DNA from: Mizuhopecten yessoensis
Taxonomy: Eukaryota
Assembly: GCF_002113885.1 (NCBI RefSeq)
Contig: NW_018408080.1
Coordinates: 417,199 to 481,198, forward strand
Length of the DNA: 64,000 nucleotides
Direction of reading: 5' to 3'
The notes under the pieces are model-generated. The model had not been told where the DNA came from. It saw nothing but the letters and a program-made list of their open reading frames with translations, and searched no databases. Both the position numbers and the translations under genes were made by a program. Positions 38,001-52,730 of the stretch are shown one piece after another (the first letter of the stretch is position 1; every line of letters starts with the position of its first letter).

Positions 38001-41000
38001 ACGATGCCGACGGCACACAGCGCAGCATTCCGTCGGTTCGAATGATAGAATACAAAGTCTAGTCCACGCGGAAACTCTACATTCAAAACACTGAGGCTGA
38101 TTACCTTTTTGTTTATTTCATCTCCATTATGTTTTCCCACGCAAGTCCCACAAGCTATATTTTATTTTTATAAATGATTTCTCAAAGCTAACGTGATTCC
38201 ACAATGTCTTTAATACGCATGCGCAGTTACAGTTGTTGTCAGTGGTACGGGGATCCTTGATTGAATGTTATCTAAATACCATGATCGATTGTTTTAAATA
38301 CTCAAACAGAAATATAGAACATGATGCTCATTGAAATATCATTAGATTATGTATCAAGTATACTTAAGCTAATTTCTTTTATCAACTTAATTAGTATTTT
38401 ATTTATTTTGATCAAAACTTAAACCAGTTGAATTTGGAAATAAAATGGTAAAAGTTTGATGAATTTTGATTAAATTATTAAAAATAATCAAAAATCTTTT
38501 TTCTATAAAGATACTACTGAAGTTTGGGCATGATCTTGTTGTCAGATTGCTGATATCAAACATGTTGGTATTTTCATATCGTCGTATTGTGTAAAGCTGG
38601 TTTGCCATTTTCACAAATATCAGACATATATCATCAGAAATCTTAAGTTATATCCCTCAGTTTATTTCGTCACACATAAATGATCTCATTTGAATATTTC
38701 TGTATTTTAGATGATAACGGGAAGGATATGCAATGCTGTCCGCTGGGAAATAGGGAGTAAGCAAAATTTTGCAAATCGACTATTCTGTATAAGTGATCTA
38801 ATTAATAAAGAGAGTTTCAAATTTGAGTTTTGCATAATAAGGATTGTAATACTGTAAAAGTGAACATTTTTGCGGTGAGGAAATATTCGCGCGATAATAT
38901 CTGCTATTAGTATTTAATTATACACCTTAAGTCAATTGTAAAGATAAATGTATAGCTTATATAGATTATAGATGAAAAGATCGATAGATTTGAGTAGTAT
39001 TACAAACGCGATAATTTCCACACCGCGATTGCTTTAAAGGGTAACAACGCGAACATTTCCACACGCGAAAACTTTCACTTTAACAGTAATGAAAACGAAA
39101 ATTCAACATTTCAACTGAACAATTTCTTTTTGAATTAATAAAAAAGAGGACAAATTGTACAATGTTAAGTTGAGCTTGAAGTGAACCTTGCCATGACTAG
39201 CCCCGTTTACTTTGCAGTGAACATTGCTTCCCGATTGCAGTCCCCCTGGATGATCCTATGTTCCGAGGATGGTGCATGAGTTTCGTACGATCATCAGCCA
39301 CGCCTCTCCCGAACTGTGACCCAGGTAATACACCTAATGACACCTGTAAATTAAACACCCATACACGAACGTGAAACATGAATTCAATTACAATCATTGA
39401 ATGTATTTGAATAATTTAGATCGGTTTTGATTAAAATGTATTAAATTATTTTCTGCGAAATTTTAGCATATATCTGCAATGTTAAACAATGGATGCACGT
39501 CATTTAGTTTATGGGATTGCATAATCACCCATCGTGACGTCAGTATTAAGTCAATAGACCTGACTGCAAGATGGGAAATTGAAACAAGTGTTCAGCGAAT
39601 AATTGCATACATCTTGATAATTGATAAAAAATATATCTGGATTTGTTTCCATGTAATAAGACATATATGAAAATCATCCTCACCTTTTTATTACTAGACA
39701 GACCCGTGGTTGAATTGAAACCTACAGACTTTGTGTATCAATAACATCGTCTTAATATAGTAAATTGTACTATAATTGTGCATGAAATTAAGCTACAGAC
39801 AGGATAATACAAAGACAGAATTAGTCAGGACAACGACATTATGCTAATTAAATCTAAATTAAATGTTGATTTTTGTTTCAAAATTTTGATTTACAGGGCA
39901 TCGGGAACAAATGAATCACCCTACGTCTTATATAGACGGATCTGCCATATATGGCTCCAACAAAGTACACCAGGAAGAGCTTCGCCTCCATCACCACGGT
40001 ATGGTCACGTATGGTAGAAATACAGGACCTTACACGAATGGCTCCGTGTCCTATTGAACTTATCAAACGAGTTCAATAATTTGATATGACACGAGCCTTT
40101 AGTAGTGTCATATTTTATTTATTGGACGAGGTTTGATATATTCAATAAGATATGGAAGAGAATGTAAGATTTAATTTATCAAATAATTTTAATAGTTTCA
40201 ATAAAAACTTTTAACAAAATTATTGTTATCAGATGATTTTATATAGGTTAAAACCGAAGTACTTTGATCATAGTAATGTCGTTCCGCGCAGTTCAAAGTA
40301 CTTCCAGATTAAAAAAAAATGAATGGTTTTAAATGCGATGAATTTAATAAATAAAAAAAAAAACACAAAAAGTATTTCAAATATATTTAAAAAACCCAGT
40401 AAATATATCATGCGGTAAAGTGAATAAAGTAGTTCCTGTAGTGGCGTGGGAATATGTTCCCACGTTTTTGTCCAATCGCAACACCTTAAGGTTTTATTAC
40501 ACGTGTGTGATACCATATTTATGACATGGCCGTATGACACAGAAAAATGGGCCAGTTATGTTATAATATAATTTATGTGATAACATGGTACTGACTATAT
40601 ACATGTAAATATTTCAGGAATAGCCATTATTATTTTGAGGGTTATGATGTATATGCCAAATATACTGTTTGCATTTTCATAAACCCTGGTTATTCATTAG
40701 AAATAGAAAAAAGACAGACAACACTTTATAGTTCGTAGTAATAAATATTTCTTATAAAAAAAATGTTTTTGCACAAAATACAACATGGCGCTGCAATTTC
40801 ATAATCGAGCTACCGCCACCAATCAGAAGTTAGTTACAAATACCGCGCCAAATATTGCGGTATACGTCATCACTTTTTGTGTTTACCTTTTCTTAGTTTA
40901 CACGATATGAGCTGCAAACGTTCAGCAATATATGAATATAAACAGTATCTGAAAAACACTTTGAATTAACTTACTTGCAATTAAACTGAATCTATTTGGT

Positions 41001-44000
41001 GACGATTGCTGTAATTATCAACCATTTTTTAACGTTTGCCGTAAAGTTTCTAGTAAATCATAATTTTGAAATTGTTTTTAATTTTATTTCACGATGAATA
41101 TGATTTGACAGGTATACCAAAACTTATAGCATAAAGATTTAAGACCATTAGCCAACGAAATAATTGGACTACAGATTGTATACGGGAGTCATGACCTTTT
41201 GGTGAAACACAAATGAACAAAATATGTTCGCTGATTTGTATGCGTGATGAAGGTTGTTTATGCTAATGACAGTATTACATTTGATTTGTAGGTCGTATCA
41301 AGCTGTCGGCATCAGGACATCTCCACAGCGCTCCGGATAACGAATGTATTCTGTCATCTCCCGGACATCACTGCTTCCAGTCAGGTATTGGCTAGGGCTG
41401 TCACATTATATCGAGAGACCGGTATGTCATAATTCGCAGGCATATCGTATCGTATCGTATCGTTTCGCAATGCAGAAATGGAATATCGCTGTATCGCAAT
41501 ATTTTTCAATGGCTTATCTTTAAATGTCTTCTAGGTGTTTTGACCTTGTAACACATTTTTCTAGTAATCATAAACTGGTAATACCATGATCAGCAGCTGG
41601 TTATTTTTTAAGCTATTTTTCCCTAGCTAATGAAGCGAGAAGTGATCGCAATACATTCCTCTTATATTACAAAATATATCGTGATATGCGATTTGTGACG
41701 TCCCAGGTATTGGCATCAGACATCCCTGTCTTAGTGTCTAAACTGGTCTATTATGTATACTGACCGGGACACAAGTTATGTTATTGTATTTTGCTGTTAA
41801 TACATTTGATTGTTTTAAATTATTTTGGAAATGGCGACGATGTAAACGTAGAATATATTCAATATCAACTATTAAAAAAATTAATGACATTTGGTTAAAT
41901 GATTCACGGGTTTAGCTGTAATTGATGTTGTCTTAACAAAGCATACAGATAGAGCCGTAAGAAGTGAATTAATTTATCAACACATGACTTTGTGTACGAA
42001 GGGCGGTAGCTCTTAGATAAATAGAGAAAAATCACTACAGCGTCAAATATCAAACAGGGAAATACGTCTACCTTGTGTAATTGTAAATTTAAAAAGGTAA
42101 GAATTTGAAATGGAAAACCATTAAATATTATATAACATATAAGAAAGAAGGTACGTAATCTCCGAAATCTACATTATTTCAGACATTTGAAACACTTAAT
42201 TGCAAAGTCCATAAGCGTATCGTTTCATTCAACTGTATTTTTTGCAATTTAAATTAAAAAAATAATATATTAAAGTTTCACTGTGTGCATAGTAAAACCG
42301 ATTAAAAAATTCGAGCACTGTTTCCTAGAATTGTGATATCAAATTAAAATGGATAGACTCCACAGCTAGCTTTTAAGACAAGACACTTTGTTGTTAATGG
42401 AAAGTATCAGAACATAAGCGGTCTTAATTTCTATTCGACTAACTCCAGACAAATATTTATAAAAGTGAAATTTGATCAACTGCAATCAAGATGACATAAC
42501 CATTGGATTTGATATGGCAATGCGTTTATTAAATAATAATTATAGGCAGGTTAGCATTCTAAAAAATAAATTAGAACATACATGTTGTCCATACGTTTCA
42601 GTGTTTTGATTTATGTGATAACAAAGAAAACATGTTCTTATTGAAACGGCGATAAGTCCCCGCAAATGATGCACTGCCAAAATACCCTTACACACGAAGT
42701 TGGAGCCAAATTAGAAAAAGGCAGGGACCGTTGTCATCCCCTTGACGTACCCCAATAAATGTATTTTAATAATGAGAAGAAACGCATCGATATCAATAAA
42801 TCCCCCACTTCGTTTGGGAAACTTAAGGAAAAGTCATTCAACATGTTACATGGTACGAATATTTGCACTGTTGAAAAAAAAACTGTATGTACAATCCTTT
42901 CTCTATAGGTGATGGTCGTCGTCACGTGACCCCGACGTTGACGTGTCTACATCTGTTGTTCGTAAAAGAACACAACTACATTGTCGACACGTTACGGACA
43001 TTGAACCAACACTGGGACGACGAGCGGCTCTTCCAGGAGGCAAAACGAATCGTATCGGCCGAGCTACAACATATCGCATTCTCAGAGTATCTGCCGATTG
43101 TCATTGGTCAAGAGCATATGGACCAGTATGGTCTTTACCCAACGACACACAGCTACAAGACGGTGTACGACGAAACGGTCGAAGCCTCCACATCGAATGC
43201 TTTTGGTGCTGCGGCGTTTCGATTTGGACATTCTGAGGTTCCGGGAGTTTTAGCGATGATGGCAAGAAATTACAGTCTCATTAAAGCAATTCCTCTCCAC
43301 ACCCAATTCAACAGACCCGATCTCATGTTTGATTCTAATGGAGACGAAAACCTGATGAGGTGGATGACCAATTCTTACCACGACCGGAACGATCGTCTTC
43401 TACAGGATAGTGTTCGAAACTTCCTTTTCTTGAAGGATGACGGAGAGAGTTTCGATCTAGCTGCCATAAACATTCAAAGGGGGCGTGACCACGGACTTCC
43501 TCCCTACAACACGTGGCGGAAGTGGTGTGGTCTACCGACTGCCTTACATTTCGGGGAGAGACTCGGGAGACTTATTGACCACGACCAAGCTACAAGAAAA
43601 CTCTTGTCTAAAGTATACAGGTGCGTATACAATGTTCACCACCAAACGCCGATTTAAATGTATTTTGAATATGGTGACGTCAGAATACTGATAATCAATA
43701 AATGCCACATAACTGAAGAATGTGTATTGATTTGAGTGATCTGCTTTCAAAACGTTAAAAGGTTGGTTTCAGTTTAGCTTATTATAGGACTAGAACTTCC
43801 GATGGTAGTTGTTCTAGTTTCATCAACCTCAAAAAATACATACAATTTTGATATTCTGTTAAATTGCTCAATGTGTAAAAATTAAATAGTAAAACAATTA
43901 TGAAACGTGAAGACGAATCTAATTCAATTCCAAACACCTAAAACTAAAATACGCCTTTAAATTTAAGCATGCATATCAGTGTATCTCTAAATTCGTTATA

Positions 44001-47000
44001 AATAACGATTGTCTCCCTTGACAGTCACCCGGATGACATAGATCTCTACACAGGAGGTCTGTCAGAGATACGTCTTCCCGGCGCTGCGACGGGTCCCACG
44101 TTTGCTTGTATCATAGCAAGACAGTTCAAGAAATATCAGAGTGGAGATAGATTCTGGTACGAGAACGATGACGCGGAAAGCAGGTTCACACTGCGTAAGT
44201 AGAGTACAGGACTTTAACTTCAATGGAATGAAAGTATTACAGTTAATAATATATGGATGCTAATAATTCATTCCTGTGTGTGCACTTTTCAAATGTGTCA
44301 CTTATTCGTGTATACTTGTCAAATGTGTCATTATTTTGTTTTCATTCTTTCTAATTCATCACCAATTTGTCAGCTGGTTTCTATTAGTTTACAGTTAAAT
44401 GAAAATGTTAATTGAACAATCTAGAGGTTGTTTCAACTTCATCTTGGAATTTTTCTATGCATACGTAGGTAAATATAACCTAATTGATCTAAAATCGTCT
44501 CAAATATGAAAAACAGCATTATCTATGGGTCGTTTTTTGAGTACCTGGTCACAATATCACAAAATCCTAGCTTGAGCTTAAAGTTTATGAAGGGTTAAGT
44601 TTGATCACATTTCGTGAGCTTTTATTTTTTTGGGACGGGGCAGTTATCAGAAACACTGATTGTTCACGGCAAGGAATAAAACAACAGAAATCAAAAACAA
44701 TAAGGTGAAATCAGAGTGTATTATTGGTTGCAGTTTTTAAGGCTACAGCCTATTGAAAATTATTTCAACGTTTTGAAAAATGGGAACAATTGTGACGACT
44801 TATGAAATATTTGTCACCTGATATGATACCGATTTTTTTTTTCTTCATCAAAATATTTACATTATATTTAAATTTGGATGCCGTAAAAGTAATATGTCAT
44901 GTTTTGTTTTGTTTTAAAGCTCAGCTGAACGAAATCAGGAAAACGACCCTGGCTTCAGTATTGTGTAAAAACACCGGTACACAAGTGACTCAACCATCAG
45001 TATTCCTAGCTAATAACGACTTCAGGTATGTTATCATATTTAATGGATTATCAATTCTGATATCAAACCCTAAAAGAGTACAGTAGGACAAAAAACTCAA
45101 AGAAACAATTTAAACAATAATTAACATAGTCTCTCAAATAAGTACCACTCACAGGTAGCATTCGGCGACCTCCTGATTACCTTACTCAGTCCTTACTGAG
45201 ATCAGTAGGGGGCTTCAGACTAGTTTGGTGATTTTGTCACGTCACCCAAATGTTTTACTTATTTCGGTTTTTGTTTTATTTGTAAAACAATAAAAAACGG
45301 AGTCAAAATGTAAAATTCTGTTCCTTATTTGGATTCCTTGTTGACATATACTATTACAGTAACACAAAGTGATTTGGGCAATAAGTTAAACTCTTGTTCC
45401 ATTTTTATGACAATCGACCAAGTGAAACTAAAACATTTTATCGATAATGCCTCAGCCAAGCAGAAATGAGAGCACCAATTCACAATTATGAAAGCATTCA
45501 TTGTTAGAATGTCAGGTCAAAATCAGCCTGACGGAGTTAAACAGGAGTTGAAAATGTATCTGTCGATCAGACAACAGGTTGAACATCTTTAATATTTAGA
45601 TCAGCTCGATAGAGGATACACTTTCTTTAAAAATAAAAAGCACTGTCCCTGGTTCCGCTCTGATAAAAGTCACATTCTTTTTTTTTTTGCACAATCATTG
45701 CATCCCATACGTCCTTGAATGCTTTGTACACGAAACCAAGGTTTCAATTTCTTCCCATGTACTGAAAGATTGCTCTAAGAAATTATTAAGGATTATCTTT
45801 TAACTTTTCTTTGTTTATAGTAATAAATTAAGTCCAGCACGCGGTAAATTGCATGAACGCGAAGCGACTTATCTTTAAATGCTGTATTTGACTTCGCCCC
45901 TCATGTCCAAGAGGTACAATAGCAAATGGGATATTGAATAGTATAGATCAAGAGATTGTTAATATCTGTTTAGGTGAAATAGTTTCATCTGCACCTAAAG
46001 AAGTCCTTGTATATGGTTAAGCGTAATTTCTTCCTTTAGGTCTTTTGTTCTTAAGGCGACAACATGCAACAGCGATACAACATTGTATTCAATAGGTCCA
46101 TGGGAAAACACAAAGAGTAAACATATATAGAAGTTTTACTACATTAACAACTAATATACAATGACTATACCTTATAGTCGCACAACGATAACCAAGTCGA
46201 ACTTGCTTAATCTTCGCCAATTCTATTAAAAGTTGTATTCTCCCGACAGTACTGAACCTCTTCACTAAAACTAAATTTAAAAAAAAAATCGGGCTTGCAG
46301 CTTTCACCTAACATGAATAGCAATTAGGACACAACAGATGCCTTGCCTAAATCTCATGCTGATGAAATTAGCACCAGCCAACTGCTGCCATTCATGTTTT
46401 CACCATTTTCTTCAAATGTTATCATAACTAAATGGCTATAATCTAACGGCATTTTAATTTTTCAAAATAATTTTATAATTAAAAAAAAAAGTCAAACTGA
46501 TCGATCCCCCCCCCNACACTGTTATGCATCTCACATCCCTTAAAGAGAAAATACATTTATGCATGGACGTTTTAACCATATTTGGAGGAAAAGTGTAAAA
46601 TTAATACAGAAATAGATATTTTTATTAAAGGTGAATAACTCTTACATCCCCATTCCTGTTTGCTCATTTATCGCGTTGTACCATGTAACATAAAAAACAG
46701 AACGTAGAATCTTAAAAGAGATCTTAGTCAGTCAAAAGGACCACAGCATGAAGATATTGATATCATTTAATGATTTTCCATATATATAGAGAAAAGGATA
46801 ATGATATTTGAATTATTTTATCACTATTGCAGCAACAGAAAGGTTTTGTGCAGTCAGATTCCTTCCATTGACCTGTCGTTTTGGAAGGAACACAGTGAGG
46901 CGGGCAGTCATACATTCCAATCACCAATAAGCCCAGTGTCCTTCCTCAATCCACTGCAGAGCCCTAATAGTCCATACGTTTTCAAGGATGTCTTCAACAA

Positions 47001-47043
47001 GTTATTGCAGAACCTACGCCAAAGAATGCTCGTCAAAGTATGA
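35063..47043 (+). CDS. Secreted animal haem peroxidase (peroxidase-cyclooxygenase superfamily; chorion peroxidase/peroxinectin-like), 784 aa, 12 coding exons: 35063-35357, 35737-35845, 36119-36339, 37466-37648, 38711-38756, 39218-39324, 39897-39998, 41292-41384, 42909-43620, 44025-44194, 44920-45025, 46833-47043
   Basis: All junctions are GT-AG and phase-compatible; the total of 2355 nt is open. Motifs: signal peptide, YRTADGTCNN, LPSARLIS, GQFLDHD (distal His), CMSFVRS, REQMN..TSYIDGS (Ca site), GDGR (catalytic Arg), AAFRFGHS (proximal His), DLAAINIQRGRDHGLPPY, DDIDLYTGG, GDRFWYEN, IDLSFW. Confidence 0.93.
37798..38070 (-). mobile_element. 5'-truncated SINE (Meta-like domain, internal (CA)n, AACC-type tail) in a peroxidase intron
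   Basis: Minus-strand tail CGTTCTTAAATGACATTAGCTGTTAAAGGGAC...AACCAAACC. The central CTTTATAGTG...ACTGAAA resembles the Meta-SINE domain as I recall it. Confidence 0.55.
38850..39088. mobile_element. MITE with TACTGT...ACAGTA ends in a peroxidase intron
   Basis: TACTGTAAAAGTGAA / TTCACTTTAACAGTA, with repeated subterminal CGCGA(A/T)...TTTCCAC motifs. Confidence 0.75.
40028..40170. repeat. ~140-bp imperfect palindrome (end of a dispersed repeat) just after peroxidase coding exon 7
   Basis: TATTGAACTTATCAAAC / GTTTGATATATTCAATA arms, inner ATATGACAC / GTGTCATAT and outer CTTACA / TGTAAG. Confidence 0.65.
41393..41706. mobile_element. hAT-like MITE with 8-bp TSD GTATTGGC, inserted at a splice donor
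   Basis: GTATTGGC at 41385-41392 and 41707-41714. Ends TAGGGCTGTCACA / TGTGACGTCCCAG. (ATCGT)n subterminal repeats. Confidence 0.8.
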
Positions 47044-47190
47044 GAATCATGATGCCTCGGAATAACGTCCATCATCGTTACGGAGTATAACCATATATGG
47101 AACTAGCATCTCCAGATTTCCGACCATAAATATCCAAAACAGTTTTCTTAACAAAGAATGAATATACTTATAGAAAGGAAATGCATATCA

Positions 47191-47196
47191 AATAAA
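47191..47196 (+). terminator. Candidate polyadenylation signal of peroxidase 1
   Basis: AATAAA 148 nt after the stop codon, with downstream T/GT-rich sequence. Confidence 0.45.
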
Positions 47197-50100
47197 CACA
47201 TTGTTATTTGGACACTAAATACATATTGATGTTTCAAATGTCTTTTTGTACACTGACTGACGAATTTTACTTAACATATATGCATTTAGTTTTAAAGATA
47301 GTTTGTTATGAAAGGCCATGAATGCGTTTTTACTGAGCTATTTTAATTCATTTGATCAATAATTTGTAACTTTTGTACTACAAGTGTTAAACATAACTAC
47401 ACGAAGGGAAGTACAAGACTACATCGTAAAGTAAGATCATAATCTCATCTTTTATGAGAGAATTGCAACTGGTAAGTGTTGGATATTGTATTTCAGAAAC
47501 TGAATAGCCCAATGTCTACACCAGTTCATCTATATATATAAAATGATAGAAACAGTCTTCTCTGATAAAATAACAACATACATGCATATCACAGAGCGTA
47601 TTCTGTTCGTACAGAGAAGATCTCTCTTGAATGTTATCAGTTGTTTTTATATGTAACACATTTTTCAGATGTAACTTACTACTTAACGAAGTTTGTTAAT
47701 ACCATCATTATATTGTTTTAAAATGAAATCGTAATCATTAAACGCTGTTCCATTGAATCCCATATACAAACTACTGTGATCAGAATAGCGTTTATTTGAC
47801 GGATTTTGATTAACTGTTGCAAACGATATATCGTCCTAAAGTGGGAACGTCTGTATTTAGTTTCAGCATCGTGATTTCACTGTCTTTGCCAGAGAGATGT
47901 GTTAATCTCAAGAAGAAGAAAACAAAAATGACATCTTTTAGATTATTTTCTTTTCATATAGAAAAAATGTTTTGTAGCGAGATCTTCCGCGATGTATACT
48001 TTATATAATTATATTACTAATTTCGTTATTGATAATAGGTGTAATTGATGCTGTATGTGCAAATTATAATAACGAATTCTAAACCACTCGTATTACAAAG
48101 TCGTGGTCAATTGTAAGATATGTTTCATTTAACACTTAATCAAAGAAAAGTAAAATACCCGAAATGTTTATGAAATGTTCTGAGGTAGCAAATAAACACA
48201 AATCAATATTTCAGAATATAATGTAGCGTAATGTATCATTTAAATTTAAAAATATTGCACAAAATAAATAATGTCGACTTCTGTCATTTAAATGTTGAAT
48301 ATTGCCACATCCATGTGATATATTTCTCCGGAATGCAGGCAATTCGTTTTTAAGTCTATGTAGTTGTTGCTGCTACAGAACTATTTTCTCATAACTTAAT
48401 CACTATTTAGATGGATATTTTAAATAATAATGTATTGTGACTTAATATGTGTATTTGTGTTTATCAATTTATCAAAGCCGACAACTTAAATTTAGTAAAT
48501 TAACCAAAACAACCCATTGACAAAAGATATTGCAAACCAAATTTTGCATTATTTCACAAAAAAACAAACCAATCTGGAATAAATTCAAAAAAATCAAGGA
48601 AGATTAAGAAAATTTTGGGCAAATGAAATTCATTAAAAATTAAGCTTTATATCTATTATTAAAACTGAAATTTGAGAACCGTTCAAAAGGTGGTAGAAGT
48701 GTGCATTTGTCATTATTTCAATGTTTTTAGTTGTGAATGTTAGAATGGGATATGAATTGAATGAAAGATAAACAGTTCACTATTTTAATAATGAACGTCC
48801 GGGAATTCCGGAAAGATCCTCGCACATGAATGAATGATGAAATTGATATATGTGTTTTGCAATTAGTGATATAAAAAAAACAACATTTTTTACCGAATAC
48901 GGAAATGTATTTGTTCTATTTGTAGTTTGGCTTGTTTTCTTGGTGTCAATATACGTGTCATCAGGAATGCTGAAACATAATTAAAGATAATTTGTTATAC
49001 AAAACAAGATAAAAATTGAAAAAGGAGTGCAAATGAGACAAGTATACGTTAAAGGTAAGAAACTATTGTCTTTTACTGGCATTACAACGGTGATTTAATT
49101 CTATTAGTAAGCAAGGCTGGAAGAAACAAGAAAATACCGAAGTGTTGTGTCGACAGAGCCGTGATTCGAACTCAAAATCGATAAAAGTAGGGCAAATATA
49201 ATTTAAAGAAATATATGACCATGAAAAAACAAGTACAAAGTATATAGCATTGATGATAAAGTAAGACAGAACAATAGATACTTCGTCGTCAACAAGAAAG
49301 ATATCGCAGAATTCTTTTTTACTTTGGAAACATTTCTACGCAATCAGAAGTTTTGACATTAACAGGGTTAAATTCAAAGTTTTTACTCGCGTCCTCATGT
49401 GTATATTATCAAAAGATTTTGATGTTTTGTATTTTACACATTTTAATCTATCTTCCCACATACAATGTTCAGACTGAAATGAAGGATTTAAGTTAAGATC
49501 TATAATCCCTGCCCAGTGGCATTGCTGACCGTCTCGTTGAAATTATCGTTCATAATCCGAGGAACCCACTTTTACCCCTTTCCAAAACAATTACAGTATG
49601 AAAGGTTTTGGACATGTGTTGAATTTCAGTACATGTCGTTTTCTTATAAAAAAAAGAGTGTTCAGCTTATCCTTCTTTCAATCGTGAACATCGGTTAAGG
49701 AAATATCATGGGGTAAAAAATCAAGAATCTCCCCTCTAAGGATTGAGATTTCAGTGAAAACAGCAATATTAAAAAATGCAGCCAATTGATCTAGGATCTA
49801 GTTTTAATTTTTATTTCATAAAAATAATAAAAAATACATTAGAGATGAGCATGCCTTACATGAAACAACTGTTCGGCTTTTCGAGAGAAAAAAACACCAT
49901 GTCTTTTATTGTTTATCGTTCGATCAAAAGAAAATGTCCGGCAGATTAACTTGGCAAGGATAATCAAGTACATGTACCTGCATTGACACTTATATGAAAA
50001 TTTATTTTGTAAAAAAATCGGAACAAAAACGGCCTTCCGAAGAAATCATATTAACACAGCTTACATACCGCAAATACGGATCTCCAGACTTTAACGTTTG

Positions 50101-52730
50101 ATCCAACAAAAACGTTTCATTTTCTCTAAATTTCCAAAACACAATTGGATTACTGATAGTCCAGGTGAACCCAATAACAAGATGAAAGTGACCATATACA
50201 TAAATTAGCCATTATCGAATCTCGATCTCTGCAGACATATATCACTCTTCCCCATTTATTAATCAATGCTTGTATACGTAAGCAAAAACCAAGTAACTTG
50301 TTGTCGTTTTTTTCGAGATCTGGGGGAGTAATAACAAAACAAAATGGCAGACCATTGAGTAATCTCTCGAAACCCTGTGTTGTAAGTCTGTCCGTCAGCG
50401 GTCGACATCAGTCACAGAAATTCTAATATGGAGGAATTCTATTTTATGGAACTTACATGATATCATACTGTATATCATGATAATGTACACATTCTGTTTT
50501 TTTCAATCAATAACATTATTGATATGTGCGGGTTTAGTGGAGTTAATCGAGCAAAATTATTTTTAAGTTTGTTGAAAAATGGATTCGAACAAAACCTCGA
50601 AATTTTATATTTTGTGTGATTGTTATACATACAAGTGTGACGTCATCGCAGTGACCTTTTGTGAAATTAGAAAGAGTGTTAATTCAGATTTTTTTTTTCA
50701 ATCAGTAGTTGTAAAGTAACGGTATGTAGACATCTTGTCACTAGTACTCTATTTCCACTTGTTTCGAAAAACTTAAGAAATACATTTTCTTCGTTCTTTC
50801 GACTCTTAGTAACACTGATGAGTCAAATTTGGCCGATATGCCCATATTGCGCTGCAAAACATTTGTTTTACTTTCGACATGCTATATTTTGTAATAAGTG
50901 CTTTGTTTGGTTTATTTCTTTTAACGTCATATACACAGCTATAGTCATTTAAGGTGGGTCCATCCTTCTCAAATTTAGCGCCACTGCGCAGGAAACTGCG
51001 CATGGTGGCTAACTTTCAGTATGATTTACGGTAACCTAACGACACCACGCTTGGATTTAAAAACTGTTATCGACAATTATTAACAACAATTAAGAACGTC
51101 AAAAAAAAAAAGAAAACTATCTAGTCCGACCATCTTTTATATTTAAATAAACGTATTTAATGTGATATTGAACTCTTGTAAATAAGAACTTAAGTCGTTT
51201 ACACCGGAAGTTTACTATCGCAGCTGATGTCAGCGATATGACAGCTGCTGAGGATGAAGTCTGAAAGTGAAAGAATATGTGCTTTCCGTTGTTATTGCTC
51301 ACTTATCTACATGTTGAATAGAACAAACGATAATCAGAAGTTTTCATCACCTGAACGGAATAGGTCATTTCGTACGATGGAATAATTATGACCGTCACCC
51401 ATCACACTGACGGCGACACTTCTCTACTCAAATGAACAGCTAAAGGTCTCGACGTTGAACATTTCATTCGAAGCATTACAGCAATTCCGTCCTGACTGTT
51501 GACAGAGATTTTGTTCAGAAATAATTAATAAATGGCGGTGTAAACAGCTTCAAGTGATCGTCTGAAAACTGCAACTGAAAATAAATATCTCGAGTCATCG
51601 TCAATGACACCAAGGAACCATACCGAACCGACACGAGTAGACGGGTTGCCACAATGAGGTAAATATAAAGTGTCATATTATATAGTGCACAGGCGTTTGA
51701 GCAGATTGTTAGATTGTTTACTTTTTATTATACTCTCAGCAAACCCCTGACCAAACTTTTTTTCACGTAGGTCATCAGTGCGTTTCTCTGTGTACCAGTT
51801 GGGGGTTTCCTTCCTTTAAGTTGTAATCTCCGTTTTAGACAGTGACATTTTGCTGATCAGGTTACATTTCAACTCTAAACATCAAAGCAACATTTTATTG
51901 AAAGATTTCAAAATTAGTAAACAAATCACTTTGCTTCTTATTGTATTTGTAGTGTATTGTGTATAGTGTATCATATTTTTTTTGTCAAATTAAATTCATA
52001 TCTGAACAAATCAGAGTAATTTTTTAAAAGATGCATGGTTTGTTTTTCATTATTACAGGAAGTAAGGACAGAAAGTAAAATGCAATAGGCCAAACCTGGA
52101 TATATCAAATCATAGAGAATAATTTATAAGGACATAGGTCATCATAACAAGGGTGGAAAATGAATATGATAACCAGGCAATAGCAAAGTAACAACAGATA
52201 ATTTGATAAATGTCATATCAAATGTGACAAAACCCCATATACTAAAATCTATCATTTGAAAATGAATCTGTAAAAGCTGCTGCTAATGTCTCTTTTAGTA
52301 TATTTAGTCTCTGTGCTGAACCAAGCATTCACCAAGATTGATTTCTGGTGATATATTAATCAAGAGATGAATTAAAATTTTGAAAAAAAATGTAATGGTG
52401 TAAAAACTTGGAAATGGGACACTGGTGGGCTGACTTACTTCCTCATAGAGTTAGCAAAACATAGTATACATGTCATAATTTTCAATATGGTTTGTGGAAT
52501 AAGCTGTTATTAAAATTTATTTTGTATTCTACATGTATATATATATATTTCTAGCTTATCTACTACATTGAACCATGAAAGTAAATATTATCAATATTTA
52601 TCATTCCTGTAAGTTTGGTTGACCAGATATAATTATGCAGTATTAGTATAATTTAATGCAGTCATTTCTAAATTATGACTTATGTACATGTGATTATCAA
52701 TAAGATATATTGAAGCACTATAATTATGTA

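Noticed and set aside
50815-50845. Hammerhead ribozyme (CTGATGAGTCAAATTTGGCCGATA)
   Set aside because: The required GAAA is replaced by CGATA, and I cannot find stems I/III with a cleavage triplet.
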